A stretch of 64,000 nucleotides of DNA from Heteronotia binoei (lineage: Eukaryota): positions 6,324,001-6,388,000 of the forward strand of contig NC_083227.1 of the NCBI RefSeq assembly GCF_032191835.1, in the 5' to 3' direction. Below the pieces are notes generated by a model. The model did no database searches and was not told where the DNA came from. It worked only from the letters and a program-made list of their open reading frames with translations. Both the position numbers and the translations under genes were made by a program. Positions 60,505 through 64,000 of this stretch are shown here, in pieces (position 1 is the first letter of the stretch; each line of letters starts with the position of its first letter).

Positions 60505-60914
60505 GTGAGAGACAGAAGGGGGTTGGGGTGGCTTTTGGGGGGGGAAGTCAGCAGATTATAGGTGCCATTATATCACGGGAAGTTGTGAATTTGGTTATGT
60601 TCCCCTACTGAGCTATATAGTTATTTTCCCCTGGTTCCTTAGAGCCAAGAAAAGCATGTGCTTCAGATTAGTTTCATTTTCCTATGCTGGTGATTTGCTG
60701 AACTCTCACCTTCCACACAATAGCACTCCGCTAATTCTCCCCAGCAGTTAAGAAAAGGCGATTAAGAAAAGGCAAACACTCATCCCTTCAGCAGCACCCT
60801 CTCCCTCTCTCTCTCAGAGCTCAACTGACTGTACTCTGCCTCTAGTGAGGTGCAGCCTTAGAAACGCAAAGAGGGTGGGGCTAGCAGTCAGGCAACATAG
60901 ACTCTTCCAATCAG

Positions 60915-61720
60915 CAACAATAACAACAACAACAGCAACAACAATTTTTATTTGTATCCCGCCCTCCCCGCCGAAGCATAGTCATACAATCAATAAAACT
61001 ACATTGACAATTTAATTAAAATTCTAATTAAAATCTAAAGTTAATAAATTAATAAAATATATACTGGAGCTATGATTACGTTTACATTTATGATGGCGAG
61101 TTCTTTAGCAGTTCCCTCTTAATCGGTGAAGGCCAACCGGAAGAGGGTAGTCTTGCAGGCCCTGCGGAACTGTTCAAGGGCCCGCAGGGCCCGCATTTCC
61201 TCTGGAAGTTGGTTCCACAGGCGTGGAGCCATGGTAGAGAAAGCTCGGTTGCGGGTGCTTTGCAACTTCACCTCTTTCGGCCCGGGAATGTTTAGCAGGT
61301 CTTCCCAGCTGACCTCAGTGCTCTCTGGGGTTCATACGGGGAGAGACGGTCCCTAAGGTAGGCAGGTCCTCACCGTATAGGGCTTTAAAGGTGAAAAACA
61401 GCACTTTGTAACGAATCCAGTATACAACTGGCAACCAGTGCAGTTCGCGCAGCCCAGGCTGTATGTGACCCCACATTGGGAGCCCCAACAGCAATCTAGC
61501 CGCCGCATTCTGCACTAGCTGCAGCTTCCGGGTTCGGTACAGAGGCAGCCCCATGTAGAGGGCATTACAGTAGTCTAGTCTCGAGGTGACCGTTGCATGA
61601 ATCACAGTTGCCAGATCTTGACGCTCTAGGAAAGGAGCCAGCTGCTTTGCCCGCCTCAGGTGAAAAAAGGCTGACTTGGCAGTGGCTGCAATCTGGGCCT
61701 CCATTGATAGTGAAGGCTCC
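60915..61720 (-). mobile_element. L2 LINE 3' fragment
   Basis: SRLDYCNALY.GLP...LQLVQNAAARLL...LHWLPV motifs and a (TTG) tail. Confidence 0.88.
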
Positions 61721-61952
61721 AGTAAAACTCCCAGGCTCCTGACCCGGCACCTGATGCAATCAGCTACACTTGGCTACAGCCCTGTTGAAACGGACAACGG
61801 AAACAGCAGTTCTTCTTCCCCAGCAAGCAAACACACAAATTTCAGACTCTCTGCATCCACACAGTAGCACTCAACTAATTCTCCCCAGCAGCTAAGAAAA
61901 GGCAGTTAAGAAAAGGCAGTTAAGAAAAGGCAAACACTCACCCCTTCAGCAG

Positions 61953-62009
<57 letters not shown>

Positions 62010-62132
62010 AGCTCAACTGACTGTGACTGTTGATCTGTCCCTTGCAGTGCCACATTCTGCATAGATATTTCTGCTGGAGGCCTTGCAGATATGGGGCCAG
62101 CCTGAGTAGATGCATTTTTCCTCTCATTTCAG

Positions 62133-62219
62133 CATCCGAAGTGGGGCTCATCGTGAGAGTCCTGCTAGGGGTCATGGCTGCTCTCATCCTGGTGGGGGCC
62201 GGGCTCACCTTCCACATCA
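62133..62219 (+). CDS. MHC class I exon 5 (connecting peptide and transmembrane, ASEVGLIVRVLLGVMAALILVGAGLTFHI)
   Basis: tttcag acceptor, hydrophobic helix and CA|GTAAGT donor, phase 1. Cytoplasmic exons were not identified in the window. Confidence 0.88.
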
Positions 62220-63236
62220 GTAAGTAAAATGCCGCTTGAAAGGGGCCGTGGCGGAGTGGGAGAGCATCTGCTCGGCATGCAGAAGGCCCCCAAGGTCAAG
62301 CTCCAGCATCTCCAGTTAAGAGGTCAAGGTCAGGGGTGGCCGATCTGTGGCTCTTTCACACATGTTGTGTGGCTCTTGAGGGCCCCACGAGCCCATTGGA
62401 CAGCTTGGAGAAGGAATGTCTCTCTTTAAATCACTTTGCCAGGCCAAGCCAGCTGGTGTGAGGGGCTTGGAGAACACCCTTAAAAGTTTCTATCTTTTCT
62501 TTTCTCTCTCTCTCTCTTGGTCCCTCCCCCCCTATCCCTCTTTCCTGCCCATTTGTTTGCTTTGTTTCNNNNNNNNNNNNNNNNNNNNNNNNNNNNNNNN
62601 NNNNNNNNNNNNNNNNNNNNNNNNNNNNNNNNNNNNNNNNNNNNNNNNNNNNNNNNNNNNNNNNNNNNNNNNNNNNNNNNNNNNNNNNNNNNNNNNNNNN
62701 NNNNNNNNNNNNNNNNNNNNNNNNNNNNNNNNNNNNNNNNNNNNNNNNNNNNNNNNNNNNNNNNNNNNNNNNNNNNNNNNNNNNNNNNNNNNNNNNNNNN
62801 NNNNNNNNNNNNNNNNNNNNTCTAGTAGTTCAGTTTATTACCATTAATGATCAGTTATAAAAGGCTGCTTTTATTCTTGCCTGATGCTCTCTCTCTCTCT
62901 CTGTATGTGTAATAATATATAATTGTGCAATGTTTGGACAGGGGCATGGTTGCATCTCAGGAGGTGGTGGGCCAGAGTGAGCTCTTTCACACATGTTGTG
63001 TGGCTCTTGAGGGCCCCACCGCCCCCGCTGGCCAGTTTGGAGAAGGAGTTTCTCTCCTTAAATCACTTTGCCAGGCCAAGCCAGCTGGTGTAGGAGGCTA
63101 GGGAAACACGTTTAAAGTTCTTTTTTTTCTTTCTTTTCTCTCTCTCTCTGTCCCTCCGTTCCTCTCCTTCCTTTCCTGCCCATCGGTTTGCTTTGTTTCT
63201 CTTCCCCCCTACCTCCCTCCTTCCCCCCATCTATTA

Positions 63237-64000
63237 TGAACATAAGAGAAGCCATGTTGGATCAGGCCAACGGCCCATCAAGTCCAACACTCTGTGTCAC
63301 ACAGTGGCAAAAAATTTTATATACACACATACACTGTGGCTAATACCAACTGATGGACCTGTACTCCATATTTTTATCTAAGCCCTTCTTGAAGGTGGCT
63401 ATACTTGTGGCCGCCACCACCTCCTGTGGCAGTGAATTCCACATGTTAATCACCCTTTGGGTGAAGAAGTACTTCCTTTTATCCGTTTTAACCTGTCTGC
63501 TCAGCAATTTCATCGAATGCCCACGAGTTCTTGTATTGTGAGAAAGGGAGAAAAGTACTTCTTTCTCTACTTTCTCCATCCCATGCATTATCTTGTAAAC
63601 CTCTATCATGTCACCCCCGCAGTTGACGTTTCTCCAAGCTAAAGAGTCCCAAGCGTTTCAACCTTTCTTCATAGGGAAAGTGCTCCAGCCCTTTAATCAT
63701 TCTAGTTGCCCTTCTCTGGACTTTCTCCAATGCTATAATATCCTTTTTGAGGTGCGGCGACTAGAACTGCACACAGTACTCCAAATGAGACCGCACCATC
63801 GATTTATACAGGGGCATTATGATACTGGCTGATTTGTTTTCAATTCCCTTCCTAATAATTCCCAGCATGGCGTTGGCCTTTTTTATTGCAAACGCACACT
63901 GTCTTGACATTTTCAGTGAGTTATCTACCACGACCCCAAGATCTCTCTCTTGGTCAGTCTCTGCCAGTTCACACCCCATCAACTTGTATTTGTAGCTGGG
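63237..64000 (-). mobile_element. CR1-A copy running off the window end
   Basis: Near-identical to 24530-25330. Confidence 0.92.

Overview
Repeat-rich squamate genomic DNA, probably gecko judging by Squam2/Squam3/Sauria SINEs, BovB and CR1, from an MHC class I / zinc-finger region; it contains five N-gaps. Three protein-coding loci are supported. (1) The 5' end of a SCAN-domain zinc-finger-type gene on the minus strand (ATG 5422). (2) A complete SCAN-KRAB-C2H2 gene on the plus strand (17269-34800, about 860 aa, 15 intact fingers), head-to-head with the first. (3) An MHC class I heavy-chain gene (leader 45868, alpha1, alpha2, alpha3, TM to 62219) with non-classical features. An apparently intact 4.2-kb CR1 LINE (esterase ORF1 plus EN-RT ORF2) lies antisense in the last intron of the KRAB gene, inside a nested TE stack. 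Many retroelement copies have been expanded into tandem arrays of one module (67, 79, 104, 109, 137 and 169 bp). Penelope remnants carry minimal hammerhead ribozyme motifs. Coordinates were counted by hand. TE family names come from recalled consensus sequences, not a database search, and TE boundaries are approximate unless a TSD is given.
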